Below, piece by piece: positions 19,403 through 29,182 of a stretch of DNA of 64,000 bases. This stretch comes from an uncultured Bdellovibrionales bacterium (GTDB taxonomy: Bacteria; Bdellovibrionota; Bdellovibrionia; Bdellovibrionales; JAEYZS01). Under the pieces are notes generated by a model. The model was not told the origin of the DNA and searched no databases. It saw only the letters and a list, made by a program, of their open reading frames with translations. The DNA lies in contig CAYXYF010000005.1 in assembly GCA_964469265.1 (NCBI GenBank), positions 26,518 through 90,517 of the forward strand, written 5' to 3'. Within the stretch, counting starts at the first letter, position 1. Each line of letters begins with the position of its first letter. Position numbers and translations under genes: made by a program.

Positions 19403-19435
19403 AAAAAAGGGGCTGCGATTTAAAGCCCCTTTTTT
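19403..19435. terminator. Bidirectional intrinsic terminator
   Basis: AAAAAAGGGGCT-N9-AGCCCCTTTTTT between convergent genes. Confidence 0.85.
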
Positions 19436-19438
19436 ATT

Positions 19439-20434
19439 TTATTGATCCCAAAACTTGGACTTCATTTCGTTGGGAATAAAACACGCCTCATAAGCCATTT
19501 GGTTGCAACGATTGAACTCTTCAAGGGTAAAGCCATGAAGGTCTTTTAAAACCTCATAATCATCAAGGATTGTCGTTCCAAAAATTCCTGGATCGTCAGA
19601 GTTAATTGTCACCTTCACTCCAGCTTCCATGAGTTGTCTAAATGGGTGCGCTTTAAGACTTGGAAGTGCATTTGTCAGATAATTGCTAATTGGGCATAGC
19701 TCTAGGGTCACACCTTTGGATTTTACATAATCGATCATCTCTTGACTCTTATAGATTTGAACTCCATGGCCAATTCTTTCTGCATACAAATACTCAATGG
19801 CATCTTTAACAAAGAATTCTCCTCCAGGAACTTCACCAGAATGAACGGTAATACGAAGGCCAGCTTCTTTTGCTTTTTCAAAAAGTGGTGCAAACGGTTT
19901 ACAATCAAATCCTTCTTCGTTATCTGCAAGGTCAATTGCAAGAAAAGAATCTTTATTTTCAATGATAAAATCCGCAGACTTTGCAGCCTCAGCAACAGTT
20001 TGAATCCGTCCTAAAATGCCCACCATTCCCACGGCCATGGGAAATGTTTTTTGTGCTCGCTCCACGCCCTTAATGATGCTTCGGTGAATTTTTTCAAAAG
20101 TCATTTTAGGGTGGTTCAGTGCCGCAAAGCTGGGAGAGTAACGAAGCTCTAAAAGAACAATGCCTTCATTGAATGCGTCTTCGCAGGCTTCATAGCCAAG
20201 ACGTTCCCATACTTCCTCTGAATCTAAAACAGATTGGGTTGTAAAGAATTTATCTAAAACGGATTTTAGATCTTTCATGGGCGAATGCACGACTAAGGAG
20301 TCATGAAGCTTTTTATAGTTGTTATAGGGAAGATCAAGGCCCTTATTTTTTGTTAACTCTATTAGCGTGGAAAAACGCACAGCGCCTTCAAGGTGTCTGT
20401 GAAGTTCAACTTTAGGTATATTTCTTAGATTCAT
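19439..20434 (-). CDS. add: Adenosine deaminase
   Basis: PKVELHRHLEG, TVHSGE, AERIGHG, LELCPISN, NSDDP. Start taken at MNLRNIP rather than the longer ORF. Confidence 0.9.
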   Translation of the reverse strand: MNLRNIPKVELHRHLEGAVRFSTLIELTKNKGLDLPYNNYKKLHDSLVVHSPMKDLKSVLDKFFTTQSVLDSEEVWERLGYEACEDAFNEGIVLLELRYSPSFAALNHPKMTFEKIHRSIIKGVERAQKTFPMAVGMVGILGRIQTVAEAAKSADFIIENKDSFLAIDLADNEEGFDCKPFAPLFEKAKEAGLRITVHSGEVPGGEFFVKDAIEYLYAERIGHGVQIYKSQEMIDYVKSKGVTLELCPISNYLTNALPSLKAHPFRQLMEAGVKVTINSDDPGIFGTTILDDYEVLKDLHGFTLEEFNRCNQMAYEACFIPNEMKSKFWDQ

Positions 20435-20522
20435 TTTCTGCCCTTCGTTATTCTTAGCAGTATCCTTGAAAAACTCTCGAAAGTCTTGACCAAGAGTAGC
20501 AAAAATCGGACAACATAAAGCT

Positions 20523-21359
20523 ATGCAAAACTCATTAAATTTACCCGTCGCGGACCTCAAAAAACAAGCAACCCAAAGTCGTAAACTCATATTAGAAATG
20601 TTAGAAAAAGCTGGTAACGGCCATCCAGGTGGCTCTCTTTCTGCCATCGACATCATTACGGCATTGGTATTTCATGAAATGAAAATGGACCCTAAAAATC
20701 CTGAATGGGCGGATCGAGATCGATTTGTCCTCTCAAAGGGTCACGGTGTTCCTGCCCTCTATGCCTCTCTTGCATATCGTGGATACTTTAAACCAGAAGA
20801 TACATTTACACTTCGACAACTGGGTTCAAAGTTTCAAGGACATCCAGACAGAGTGCGTATGCCTGAGGTTGAAGCCTCAACCGGATCTTTGGGTCAGGGC
20901 TTAAGCGTTGCTCAAGGCATGGCGATGGCAGGAAAGTTGGATAGTAAAGAATACCGAGTGTACTGTTTACTTGGGGACGGAGAAACTCAAGAGGGCCAAG
21001 TGTGGGAAGCCTTAATGTCCTGTGGAAATTATAAACTCGATAATCTCTGCGTGTTCTTAGATGCAAATAAATATCAAATTGATGGTTCGACAAAAGAAGT
21101 CATGGACATTGAGCCTCTTGAAGAAAAAATAAAAGCCTTTAAGTGGAATGTCTTACGAATTGATGGTCATGATATGGACCAAATATTAAAAGCGCTTGAA
21201 GCGGCGAAGGCGACCAAAGGAATGCCGACAATGGTTGTTGCAGATACCATAAAAGGAAAAGGCGTATCTTTTATGGAAAACGTCAATAAATGGCATGGAG
21301 TTAGCCCTTCAGGCGAAGAGTTAAAAAAGGCTCTCGAAGAATTGGAGAAATTGTCATGA
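20523..21359 (+). CDS. Transketolase, N-terminal subunit
   Basis: GHPGGSLS, LSKGHG, STGSLGQG, LLGDGETQEG TPP-binding motif. Confidence 0.92.
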   Translation: MQNSLNLPVADLKKQATQSRKLILEMLEKAGNGHPGGSLSAIDIITALVFHEMKMDPKNPEWADRDRFVLSKGHGVPALYASLAYRGYFKPEDTFTLRQLGSKFQGHPDRVRMPEVEASTGSLGQGLSVAQGMAMAGKLDSKEYRVYCLLGDGETQEGQVWEALMSCGNYKLDNLCVFLDANKYQIDGSTKEVMDIEPLEEKIKAFKWNVLRIDGHDMDQILKALEAAKATKGMPTMVVADTIKGKGVSFMENVNKWHGVSPSGEELKKALEELEKLS

Positions 21360-22300
21360 GTATCGGTGAATTAGGAAGCGCAACAAGAGCAAGTTTCGGT
21401 GAAGCTTTATCGGGGATCGGTAAAGAGTTTAAAAATGTCGTTGTCCTTGATGCGGACTTATCCAAAAGCACAAAGTCTGAGAGCTTTTCAAAGGTCTCGC
21501 CCGAAAGATTTTTCCAAATGGGAATTCAAGAAGCAAATATGATCGGAGTTGCAGCGGGGTTAGCGTTTTCAGGAAAAATTCCGTTTTTATGTTCCTTTGG
21601 AGCTTTTTTAACTGGTCGTTTTGATCAGATCAGAGTGACAGTAGGATACGCTAATGCCAACGTACGGTTAGTCGGAACGCACGCGGGTGTAGGTATCGGT
21701 GAAGACGGTTGCTCTCAGATGGCCCTAGAGGATCTTGCGTGTATGAGGACTCTTCCTGGAATGGCAGTGTTACAGCCAGCTGATGATATAGAAACAAAAG
21801 CCATGATGAGATACTTAGTTGATCACAATGGCCCAGCGTACATTCGCCTCACAAGACAAAACGTAATTAATGTTCATGATTCAAAATACCAATTTAAGTT
21901 TGGTAAAGCGGATCAAATCCTCGACGGTAAAGATGCTGTTGTATTTGCAACTGGTGGAGTTGTCGGAAATGCCTACGCAGCTCTTAAGAATCTTGAGGCG
22001 GAAGGCCTATCTGTAGCTTTGGTGAATATTCACTCTGTAAAACCATTTGATAGGGAAGCTGTAATGGCGTGGTCTGCGCGAGTGAAAAACATTTTTACTC
22101 TTGAAGATCATAACGTGATCGGTGGACTAGGCGGTGTGGTTGCAGAAACAATGGCTGAGATAGGAAGCCCAGCAAGATTACATCGCTTAGGTGTTCACGA
22201 TGTCTACGGTGAAAGCGGTACGCCAGAAGCTCTTTATGAAAAGCATGGCTTAGATCCGCATGGGATCGCACGCTCCGTGAAGTCAGTCCTGCGTAATTAA
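21356..22300 (+). CDS. Transketolase, C-terminal subunit
   Basis: DADLSKST, GIQEANM, GEDGCSQ, EDHNVIGGLG. Confidence 0.92.
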   Translation: MSIGELGSATRASFGEALSGIGKEFKNVVVLDADLSKSTKSESFSKVSPERFFQMGIQEANMIGVAAGLAFSGKIPFLCSFGAFLTGRFDQIRVTVGYANANVRLVGTHAGVGIGEDGCSQMALEDLACMRTLPGMAVLQPADDIETKAMMRYLVDHNGPAYIRLTRQNVINVHDSKYQFKFGKADQILDGKDAVVFATGGVVGNAYAALKNLEAEGLSVALVNIHSVKPFDREAVMAWSARVKNIFTLEDHNVIGGLGGVVAETMAEIGSPARLHRLGVHDVYGESGTPEALYEKHGLDPHGIARSVKSVLRN

Positions 22301-23088
22301 AAAACCGCGATGGAAAATAATTGATCGATTGTTTTTAAAGTTTTGCCGTTGGCGACGGAAGCATCGATGGCGTGTTGGATAAAGTATCCGCCTGCGCTGA
22401 GGTTTGGATTCTCGCTGATTTTGTCAACTCGGGTCCATACTGGTATACCTTTAATTTCAGAATAAACCCAACTGTCCATCTCACTGAACTTTTTAAAATG
22501 ACTGCTGTCTATACATGCTGATGGGTTTGCAAGGTTCCCGTTACAAGTCATAGCGTTCGGGCCTAAGCCATACCATCTACGAATAAGCGTATCGTTGACA
22601 GTAAAAATATTATTGAGCTGTGGCTGATTATTTCCATTTAAAACTTCTAGTTTCACCGTGTGTAAATCACTTCCATAGAGAGTAGTCACGGTTGCTCCAG
22701 ACTGATCTTGGCAGTTGTTAGTTGGAGTAAATTGGCCTGGAGAGCCTACTGCTGCAGCGACGATACATTGACCAGCCGAAGATGAACCTGAATATGAATA
22801 AGCGCATCCACCTAAAAGAACCATGGTGTCTGTTTCTGTTTGAGTAACGGGTAAAACTCCATTGCGATTGAGCCAGTACTCACAAGATTCAGCGTGATGA
22901 GCATTGGACGAAACCTTATTGGCGTTGTTATTGATAAATTCTTCGAAGAAGAGATCTAATCGATCATTAAGGCTTGTGCTTCCGCTTAAAGACTGATGAT
23001 CAAGAGGTTGTATTTGTCCGCAATTTTGAAATCCAATAATGAGTACAAGCGTGGCTAAAATGCCTAATACCAACTTTAAATAACCCAC
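22297..23088 (-). CDS. Hypothetical lipoprotein with 'FQNC' lipobox
   Basis: GTG start, AGGGG RBS, signal ...LIIGFQN-C; Cys/Asn/Ser-rich mature part. Confidence 0.7.
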   Translation of the reverse strand: MGYLKLVLGILATLVLIIGFQNCGQIQPLDHQSLSGSTSLNDRLDLFFEEFINNNANKVSSNAHHAESCEYWLNRNGVLPVTQTETDTMVLLGGCAYSYSGSSSAGQCIVAAAVGSPGQFTPTNNCQDQSGATVTTLYGSDLHTVKLEVLNGNNQPQLNNIFTVNDTLIRRWYGLGPNAMTCNGNLANPSACIDSSHFKKFSEMDSWVYSEIKGIPVWTRVDKISENPNLSAGGYFIQHAIDASVANGKTLKTIDQLFSIAVF

Positions 23089-23126
23089 AATATATCCCCT
23101 TGTTCATAAAGCATTGTCTATGAATT

Positions 23127-23154
23127 ATATCGGTATATAGTTGCGCTATCTTGA
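23127..23154 (-). promoter_or_regulatory. Possible sigma28-like promoter of the FQNC lipoprotein
   Basis: TCAA-N16-ACCGATAT on the minus strand; spacer is 1 nt longer than canonical. Confidence 0.3.
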
Positions 23155-23170
23155 GACGTTTGTTGGTGTG

Positions 23171-23353
23171 TTAAGCTTTATCGTTGTCTGGTGCAGATTC
23201 GATTTTTTTAGAATCATCGTCTGATGAAACACCTTTTTTGAACCCACGAATTGCAGAGCCAACAGCCTTACCCAAACCAGGCAGGCGACTTGGACCGAAA
23301 AATAAAAGTACGATGACGATAAGAACGACTAACTCTGGAATTCCAAGACTCAT
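23171..23353 (-). CDS. tatA: Twin-arginine translocase TatA/E subunit
   Basis: LGIPEL...LLFFGPSRLPGLGKAVGSAIRGFKK. Confidence 0.93.
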   Translation of the reverse strand: MSLGIPELVVLIVIVLLFFGPSRLPGLGKAVGSAIRGFKKGVSSDDDSKKIESAPDNDKA

Positions 23354-23560
23354 ATTGCTCTCCTAGGGATAAGCAAGTTTTAAACTGAATTAAAACAGTT
23401 GGCAAGTCTGAAAGTGTCTCAAAAACAGACAGTTTTTCCCAAGTCTCTGCCACAAAATCGCATTAAACCTGCGGATTTACTTGATACTGTAAATAATATT
23501 TTCACCTCTATGCGGATATAGACAAGTCGTTAGTTCAGATCGAAATACTTCTGGTTTAGG

Positions 23561-23576
23561 TGGCCCTCCTATTGCA
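23561..23576 (+). promoter_or_regulatory. sigma54 (-24/-12) promoter
   Basis: TGGCCCTCCTATTGCA with exact GG-N10-GC spacing, 30 nt before a PilZ gene. Confidence 0.6.
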
Positions 23577-23605
23577 CTTATAGAAGGAGTGTAGGAGAGA
23601 GGGAT

Positions 23606-24259
23606 ATGTATCAAATTGGGATTTTAGCAAAACAAGGCAAAGCGCTAAACATCACCTTAGGCGAAGTGAAAAGAAGCACATACTTTAATCCGACAGTGTT
23701 TAATGATTCGTTTAGTGTGGTTCGGGCATTAAAGAACAATGTTTTTGATGCTTTTGTGATAGTGACAGATGAGTTTAAACCAAGCCATATGAAGGTCATT
23801 AAACAAGTTAAGAACCACTTTAAAGAATTGCCAGTCATCGTGGTGACAGAAAACCCGAACCAAAGGGCAAAGATTCATCTTGTTGACCATCGTAAAACGA
23901 TGCTTTTGAACCTTTATAGCGAGATTAAAGATATTAACGGCATCATCGTAAAGCTCATTCACAATATCCATGTCATCCCTCGCCTGGCTAGCCGTCATAA
24001 AACAGCTCAGCCAGCACGATTTAAGGTAGAGCCAACACGATCACATTCTGCATTTATGTTGGACCTTGCTAATGATGGTGCATGTTTTAGGTTGTTTAAT
24101 AAAAGATTAAAACGAGGCGACAAAGTACTGATTGAAGTCCCGTTACCAGATTTAAAGAAAACACACGTTGTTCAAGGTGAAATAGTTTGGGAACAACTAG
24201 AAAAATTAAAGAATGAAGCGACTGCATCTTCACAGAGGGTAGGAGTACGATTTTTATAA
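23606..24259 (+). CDS. Degenerate receiver plus PilZ domain protein
   Basis: RLASR (RxxxR), DLANDGA, GEIVW...RVGVRF. Confidence 0.72.
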   Translation: MYQIGILAKQGKALNITLGEVKRSTYFNPTVFNDSFSVVRALKNNVFDAFVIVTDEFKPSHMKVIKQVKNHFKELPVIVVTENPNQRAKIHLVDHRKTMLLNLYSEIKDINGIIVKLIHNIHVIPRLASRHKTAQPARFKVEPTRSHSAFMLDLANDGACFRLFNKRLKRGDKVLIEVPLPDLKKTHVVQGEIVWEQLEKLKNEATASSQRVGVRFL

Positions 24260-24312
24260 AATAGAAATTACCTAATTTATTAAAAGTATGTAAGTTCTAA
24301 TTGGGGGCCATT

Positions 24313-24933
24313 ATGAATAAGATAGCTATACTTGCAATTGCACTTTTGGTTGCAGACCTTGCTATCGCAGGGGACCGAGACAAGGAGAAGGCGAAGTTTG
24401 ATTTGATCTCATCTCTTGAAGAACTCATCAATATCGATGAATGCCGAAAGAGTGTGAAAACAAATTCTTCAGACTTAGACGATCTTCCAAGGCCATGTAA
24501 CAGCCTTCCGACACTCTCTAAGTTTTTCTTTAATAAGCAACCTAAGCTTGCAGACGTCCTGAAGTATCTAACGAATGAAGAGGCGCGCGTTTCTGAGGCT
24601 GCTTTAGAGGTTATGGATAAATACAAAATCCAGTCGCTTGGAAAAATGATTTTGTCGCCAAAGTGTGTGATCAATAACCGACCTGTGAATCTTGATATCT
24701 ACTTAAATAGATTGCGAGGCGTTCCTATAGCTGAAGAGCAAAGTGATGCAACCGTGCTGGAAGCGAAGTTTGAAGAAAACCTGAAAAAGAAAAAGCATAA
24801 CAATGATGACTTGATTCCAATGGCAACTCCTTCTGAAGCTCGGATACCAGCAAGGCTTCCCGACGCAACAAAACCTGAGCCCGAAAAACCTATAGGCGAA
24901 TTTGAAAAAGAATTTGCAGCGTTTGAAAACTAA
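24313..24933 (+). CDS. Secreted hypothetical protein
   Basis: Signal peptide MNKIAILAIALLVADLAIA; low-complexity Pro/Glu/Lys tail. Confidence 0.6.
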   Translation: MNKIAILAIALLVADLAIAGDRDKEKAKFDLISSLEELINIDECRKSVKTNSSDLDDLPRPCNSLPTLSKFFFNKQPKLADVLKYLTNEEARVSEAALEVMDKYKIQSLGKMILSPKCVINNRPVNLDIYLNRLRGVPIAEEQSDATVLEAKFEENLKKKKHNNDDLIPMATPSEARIPARLPDATKPEPEKPIGEFEKEFAAFEN

Positions 24934-26528
24934 CGGAATAAACCTTTAAAAAAGCCTTTCACCTTTTGAGTAAGACTCGGTGTGGGCTTTGCTTGTTTGA
25001 AAGACCTACGCTTTTGCTGAGGTGATCTCTTAGTATTTCGAGCAGGAGCTGTAGACTTGTTATGGGTTTTCGGCTTATGAGCGTGCTGAGGTTTTGGCGC
25101 AGCTCCGTTCGTAAAGTGTTGCTCTTGATTGTTTTTATGTCTTCCAGATTTACGGTCTCGGTGTTGCTCTGGACCGCCGTCTCTTCTTTGTCTATGAGGT
25201 TTTCCGTCGTGTTTTGGACGTCGTTCACCGTGGTCATTTCGCGTATCTCTGCGTGGCGCTTGTGCTTTCATTGCAGCAAGCCCTGTCTTCTTTACGCGGC
25301 TTTCTTTTTTGAAGTTTGATCTCGTAAATTCTTTAAAGTCTTTTACTAAAAATTCTTCTTCAAGCCATCCAATAGAGAGTTTTGTTTTCGTATAACCTTC
25401 AATTCTTGATAGCGCCATAACATCACGGTCACTCACTAAAGAAATAGCATGCCCCTTGGCGCCAGCCCTTCCGGTTCTGCCAATGCGGTGGATGTAGTTT
25501 TCCGCGTCGTCGGGAAGATCATAGTTAATGACAAGATCGACACCTTTAATATCTAAGCCTCTTGCAGCAACGTCGGTTGCAACCAGGGTGTTTCGTTCGC
25601 CCTCATTTTTAAATTGTTCTAGTACGCGTTCTCGCTGACTCTGAGTCAGAAGACTTGAGATACCAACAGCAGGGATGCCGTTTGACGATAAAAACTGAGC
25701 AATCCTGTCCACATTCATTTTAAAGTTACTGAAAATGATAGTTTGTTTAGGCTTTATTTTATTAAAAAGTGATAAGAGGTAGGCAGGTTTTTCAGTTTCA
25801 CCCACGTGAAAGATTTCATCTGTCACGTCTGCGGCTTTAGCCTGGTCGCGACTCACGTTGATTTCGACTGGGTTGGAGTCAAAGCGATAAACCGTGTTCA
25901 TGACATCGAAATTTAAAGTAGCGCTAAATAAGAGAATTTGTCTTGCCTCTGGAGCACGCTGAAGAATGTAGACCATGTCGTCTTTAAAGCCCATATCAAA
26001 CATACGGTCGGCTTCATCAAAAACGATGGCCTTAATTTGCTTAAAGTTAATATGATGGTTTTTATAAAGATCAAGAAGTCTGCCTGGCGTTCCTACAACA
26101 ATGTCAGCACCATTATTGATCGCTGCCGTTTGGGCTTCGTACTCAACACCACCGTAAACTAATGCGGATTTTAATCCTGTTTCAGGAGTACAGATTTTTA
26201 GAATTGCTTTATGAATTTGATCGGCAAGTTCGCGAGTTGGTGCAAGAACTAAGATATAATGACCCCTATGCCAAGAATCAAAAGCTCTGCTTAAATCGAG
26301 CTCAGTGGGATTTCCTTTTTCTTTGTTTTTAGTTCTCAAAATTCGTTCAATCAGCGGAACTAAAAATGCAAAAGTTTTCCCAGTTCCTGTTTGTGAGAGA
26401 CCAGAGATATCTTTTCCTTCTAAAACCAGTGGAATTGCAGATTCCTGAATCGGAGTGCATTCGGATATTGAGGATTGACGTAAGGCGTCCATTATCGAGG
26501 GGTGTAAGTCTAATTCTTCAAATTTCAA
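24930..26528 (-). CDS. DEAD-box RNA helicase
   Basis: SQTGTGKT, APTRELA, GTPGR, DEAD, FSAT, TDVAARGLD, HRIGRTGRAG; basic C-tail; TTG start. Confidence 0.95.
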   Translation of the reverse strand: MKFEELDLHPSIMDALRQSSISECTPIQESAIPLVLEGKDISGLSQTGTGKTFAFLVPLIERILRTKNKEKGNPTELDLSRAFDSWHRGHYILVLAPTRELADQIHKAILKICTPETGLKSALVYGGVEYEAQTAAINNGADIVVGTPGRLLDLYKNHHINFKQIKAIVFDEADRMFDMGFKDDMVYILQRAPEARQILLFSATLNFDVMNTVYRFDSNPVEINVSRDQAKAADVTDEIFHVGETEKPAYLLSLFNKIKPKQTIIFSNFKMNVDRIAQFLSSNGIPAVGISSLLTQSQRERVLEQFKNEGERNTLVATDVAARGLDIKGVDLVINYDLPDDAENYIHRIGRTGRAGAKGHAISLVSDRDVMALSRIEGYTKTKLSIGWLEEEFLVKDFKEFTRSNFKKESRVKKTGLAAMKAQAPRRDTRNDHGERRPKHDGKPHRQRRDGGPEQHRDRKSGRHKNNQEQHFTNGAAPKPQHAHKPKTHNKSTAPARNTKRSPQQKRRSFKQAKPTPSLTQKVKGFFKGLFR

Positions 26529-26590
26529 GTACGCTCTCCAAACATAATATAATTAAGCACGGTCGAATCTAATGAGTTGCCCTTTAAATG

Positions 26591-27388
26591 TCAAAATTTA
26601 GCTTTGAAAAACTTCCCCAGAGCATCAATAAAAGCGTCGGGTTGATCGAAGTGGACCCAGTGTCCAGAGTCTTTGATGATAATACCCTCTACTTTAGGAT
26701 TTTCTGACAACATTTTTTCATAAACTCCACTGGGTAAATCTTTTGAATTTTCTCCACGAATAAGAAGTGTGGGCACTTGAAGAGATCGCCATGCTTCCCA
26801 GCTATTTGCCCCTCGTCCCAGTCGTACGCTATCTAAAATTCCTGATTTGGAAAAGCGCCAGTCGACGAGACCGTCTTCGCCTTCAACGAGGTTGGAGTAA
26901 AAATAATTACCTAAAACAGGGTCTCCAAAGTCATTAAGAAGAAACTCTTTAGCTTCTTTTTTGGTTTGAAAAGGAGTGGGCACCCGATTTAGAAGTTTTT
27001 CATATCTTGCTACGTCGCCAGGATTACTTTCGGGAGAAATATCTTCAATAACCAGCGATATGACTCTCTGCGGAAACATTGAGGCAAAGCTTAATGCATT
27101 TCTTCCACCCATGGAGTGCCCTACAAGATGAATCTTTTGCCATCCTAATTCATCAAGAATTTTTTCTAAGTCTTTTGCATAATCTGAAGGGGCATAACCT
27201 GAGTCAGGTTTGAAAGATCGGCCGTGTCCACGTTGATCATAAGTCAGAATTTGGAAGTCTTCTTCCAAGGACGAAACTATTCTCCGCCAGTTTGCACCGA
27301 AGCCCATTAGACCATGTAGAAATACAAGCTTGGGAGCGTCCGAATTTTTCCCATTTATTTGATAATGGAATTGCTTTAGAAAATTCAT
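26591..27388 (-). CDS. Alpha/beta hydrolase (YbfF-like esterase)
   Basis: FLHGLMG, DQRGHG, GHSMGG nucleophile elbow, SGHWVH. Confidence 0.88.
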   Translation of the reverse strand: MNFLKQFHYQINGKNSDAPKLVFLHGLMGFGANWRRIVSSLEEDFQILTYDQRGHGRSFKPDSGYAPSDYAKDLEKILDELGWQKIHLVGHSMGGRNALSFASMFPQRVISLVIEDISPESNPGDVARYEKLLNRVPTPFQTKKEAKEFLLNDFGDPVLGNYFYSNLVEGEDGLVDWRFSKSGILDSVRLGRGANSWEAWRSLQVPTLLIRGENSKDLPSGVYEKMLSENPKVEGIIIKDSGHWVHFDQPDAFIDALGKFFKAKF

Positions 27389-27408
27389 GAGCCTATCATA
27401 AACCCGTT

Positions 27409-28605
27409 ATGACGGAAAATCAAAGGCCGCGCCTAGCGCCCGAGTACATTCATCCTGAGGCCTACAGAATCACAGAGCGTTTACAAAAGGAAGGCTTTGA
27501 AACTTATCTTGTGGGCGGCTGCGTGCGTGATCTTTTATCAGGAGTGGTCCCTAAAGATTTCGATATCGCCACATCTGCAAATCCCAGACAGGTCAAAAAA
27601 GCCATTCACGATGCCTATATTATCGGTAAGCGTTTTCGTCTGGTTCTCGTTAAAAGAGGTAACGACCTCTTTGAGGTCGCAACCTTTAGAAGAGAAGCTA
27701 CCGCAGAGGAACTTGAGGAAATTAAAGAGGGGGATAAGCCGTTAGGAGATAACCTGTTTGGGACCCCTCAGGAAGACGCCCTACGAAGAGATTTTACTTT
27801 AAACGGTCTGTTTTATGATCCTGTCGAAGATAAGCTTATCGATTATTGCAATGGCCTTATTGATATCCAAAACCACACAGTGAGAATGATCGGTGATCCT
27901 CAAGTTCGTTTAGTCGAAGATCCCATTCGTATATTAAGGGCTCTTCGACTCTCTCACAGATTGGATTTTATCATCGAACCTCGTTTGCGAAAGCAGATGA
28001 AAATTCATGCCTCAACTTTAAAAAACTCTGTGCTTCCGCGCAGAAGAGAAGAAATCTTAAAAATTTTGCGGCTACGAAACCCATCCATTGCGCTCATGGA
28101 AGCCCATGATCTTAACATTTTAGAACATGTGTTCCCAACCATTGATAAAGTCTATAAAGACCCAGTTCGAATCATTGAATTTAACTCTTATCTCAAACAG
28201 ATGTATAGATTCGTGATTGATGTGGAGAATCCAGCGGAGCTTTTTGCTTACCTCATGCTGGCTTATTATCGCTCAACTATAGAGCCGGATCCTTTTAAAC
28301 GAGTTTTCGCTGCTGATGTCTTAAAGAATGAACACTTAAAAAACCTCATGGCCAATGAATTGGGAATGTATAACGTTGAGCAATCACTTTTTGCTAAGGC
28401 ACTTGAGTTCCAAAATAAACTTAAGAAGATCGATCACGAAACAAAAAGAAACGAAGCCATTCCGTTAGCTGTTATGATGGCCAAAGCAGACTATGTTCTT
28501 TCCTCTGAAAAACTCCTCGAGTGGGAAAAGACTCTCGATAAATTTGTTCCGAAGCCCCATAATCCCTATAAAAAAAATCGGTATAAGAAAAGGCGTAGAT
28601 CTTAA
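27409..28605 (+). CDS. pcnB: Poly(A) polymerase
   Basis: LVGGCVRD, KDFDIAT, IIGKRFRLVLV signature, RRDFT, EDPIRILR. Confidence 0.85.
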   Translation: MTENQRPRLAPEYIHPEAYRITERLQKEGFETYLVGGCVRDLLSGVVPKDFDIATSANPRQVKKAIHDAYIIGKRFRLVLVKRGNDLFEVATFRREATAEELEEIKEGDKPLGDNLFGTPQEDALRRDFTLNGLFYDPVEDKLIDYCNGLIDIQNHTVRMIGDPQVRLVEDPIRILRALRLSHRLDFIIEPRLRKQMKIHASTLKNSVLPRRREEILKILRLRNPSIALMEAHDLNILEHVFPTIDKVYKDPVRIIEFNSYLKQMYRFVIDVENPAELFAYLMLAYYRSTIEPDPFKRVFAADVLKNEHLKNLMANELGMYNVEQSLFAKALEFQNKLKKIDHETKRNEAIPLAVMMAKADYVLSSEKLLEWEKTLDKFVPKPHNPYKKNRYKKRRRS

Positions 28606-29162
28606 CGGGTCAGCTTTTCAGCAGTTGGATGTGTGCTTTCATTCCAGGAGAAGGAATGGATAAGTTCATTACATGGTCTTACGGCTTTTTTAAACGTATG
28701 CGCTTGGTCCATACAAGTGAGAATCACTGCCTTGGAATTTTTAAAAAAGATAGCCTGTCTCATTTTTTTCTTTGAGGTGGAGTTTGTGATGTCGACAAAA
28801 AAACCTAGTTCGTTATTTTTGTTCTTAAAATATTTGTGTCCCATAATTTCCAAACCAAACTGACCAAAGCCTTTTAGCCATTTTCCAGTGTACTCTTTAA
28901 GAGACTTCTCGGTGATGTCTTTGTCGATGCGTACAGTAAACGTCGGACTTCCATCTGATGGGGATTTCATCCTGAAAAGAACTTCCACCTTACCTTTTAG
29001 ATCATTGGGAACAGAAGATCGCAGCCACGCTGTCTTTTTTGGATTAATCGTAAAACCTTCATCTGAAGAATAGAGACTTTGGTTTAAACTCTCTGGCACT
29101 CGCATAGCTGATGCAGAGGCAACAAAAAATACTATTAAACCAAAAACTATAAGGGCTCTCAT
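28602..29162 (-). CDS. Secreted hypothetical protein (possible PsbP/DcrB-like fold)
   Basis: Signal peptide ...ASASA; alternating strand pattern ending ILTC...HSFSW. Confidence 0.55.
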   Translation of the reverse strand: MRALIVFGLIVFFVASASAMRVPESLNQSLYSSDEGFTINPKKTAWLRSSVPNDLKGKVEVLFRMKSPSDGSPTFTVRIDKDITEKSLKEYTGKWLKGFGQFGLEIMGHKYFKNKNNELGFFVDITNSTSKKKMRQAIFFKNSKAVILTCMDQAHTFKKAVRPCNELIHSFSWNESTHPTAEKLTR

Positions 29163-29182
29163 ACTTCTATTGTATACATCCG

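Noticed and set aside
20435-20656. 74-aa N-terminal extension of adenosine deaminase in the ORF track
   Set aside because: It overlaps the transketolase gene on the opposite strand, and family homology begins at MNLRNIPKVELHRH.
20523-22300. Transketolase in two ORFs as a possible frameshifted pseudogene
   Set aside because: Two-subunit transketolases are an established family, and the ATGA overlap indicates normal translational coupling.
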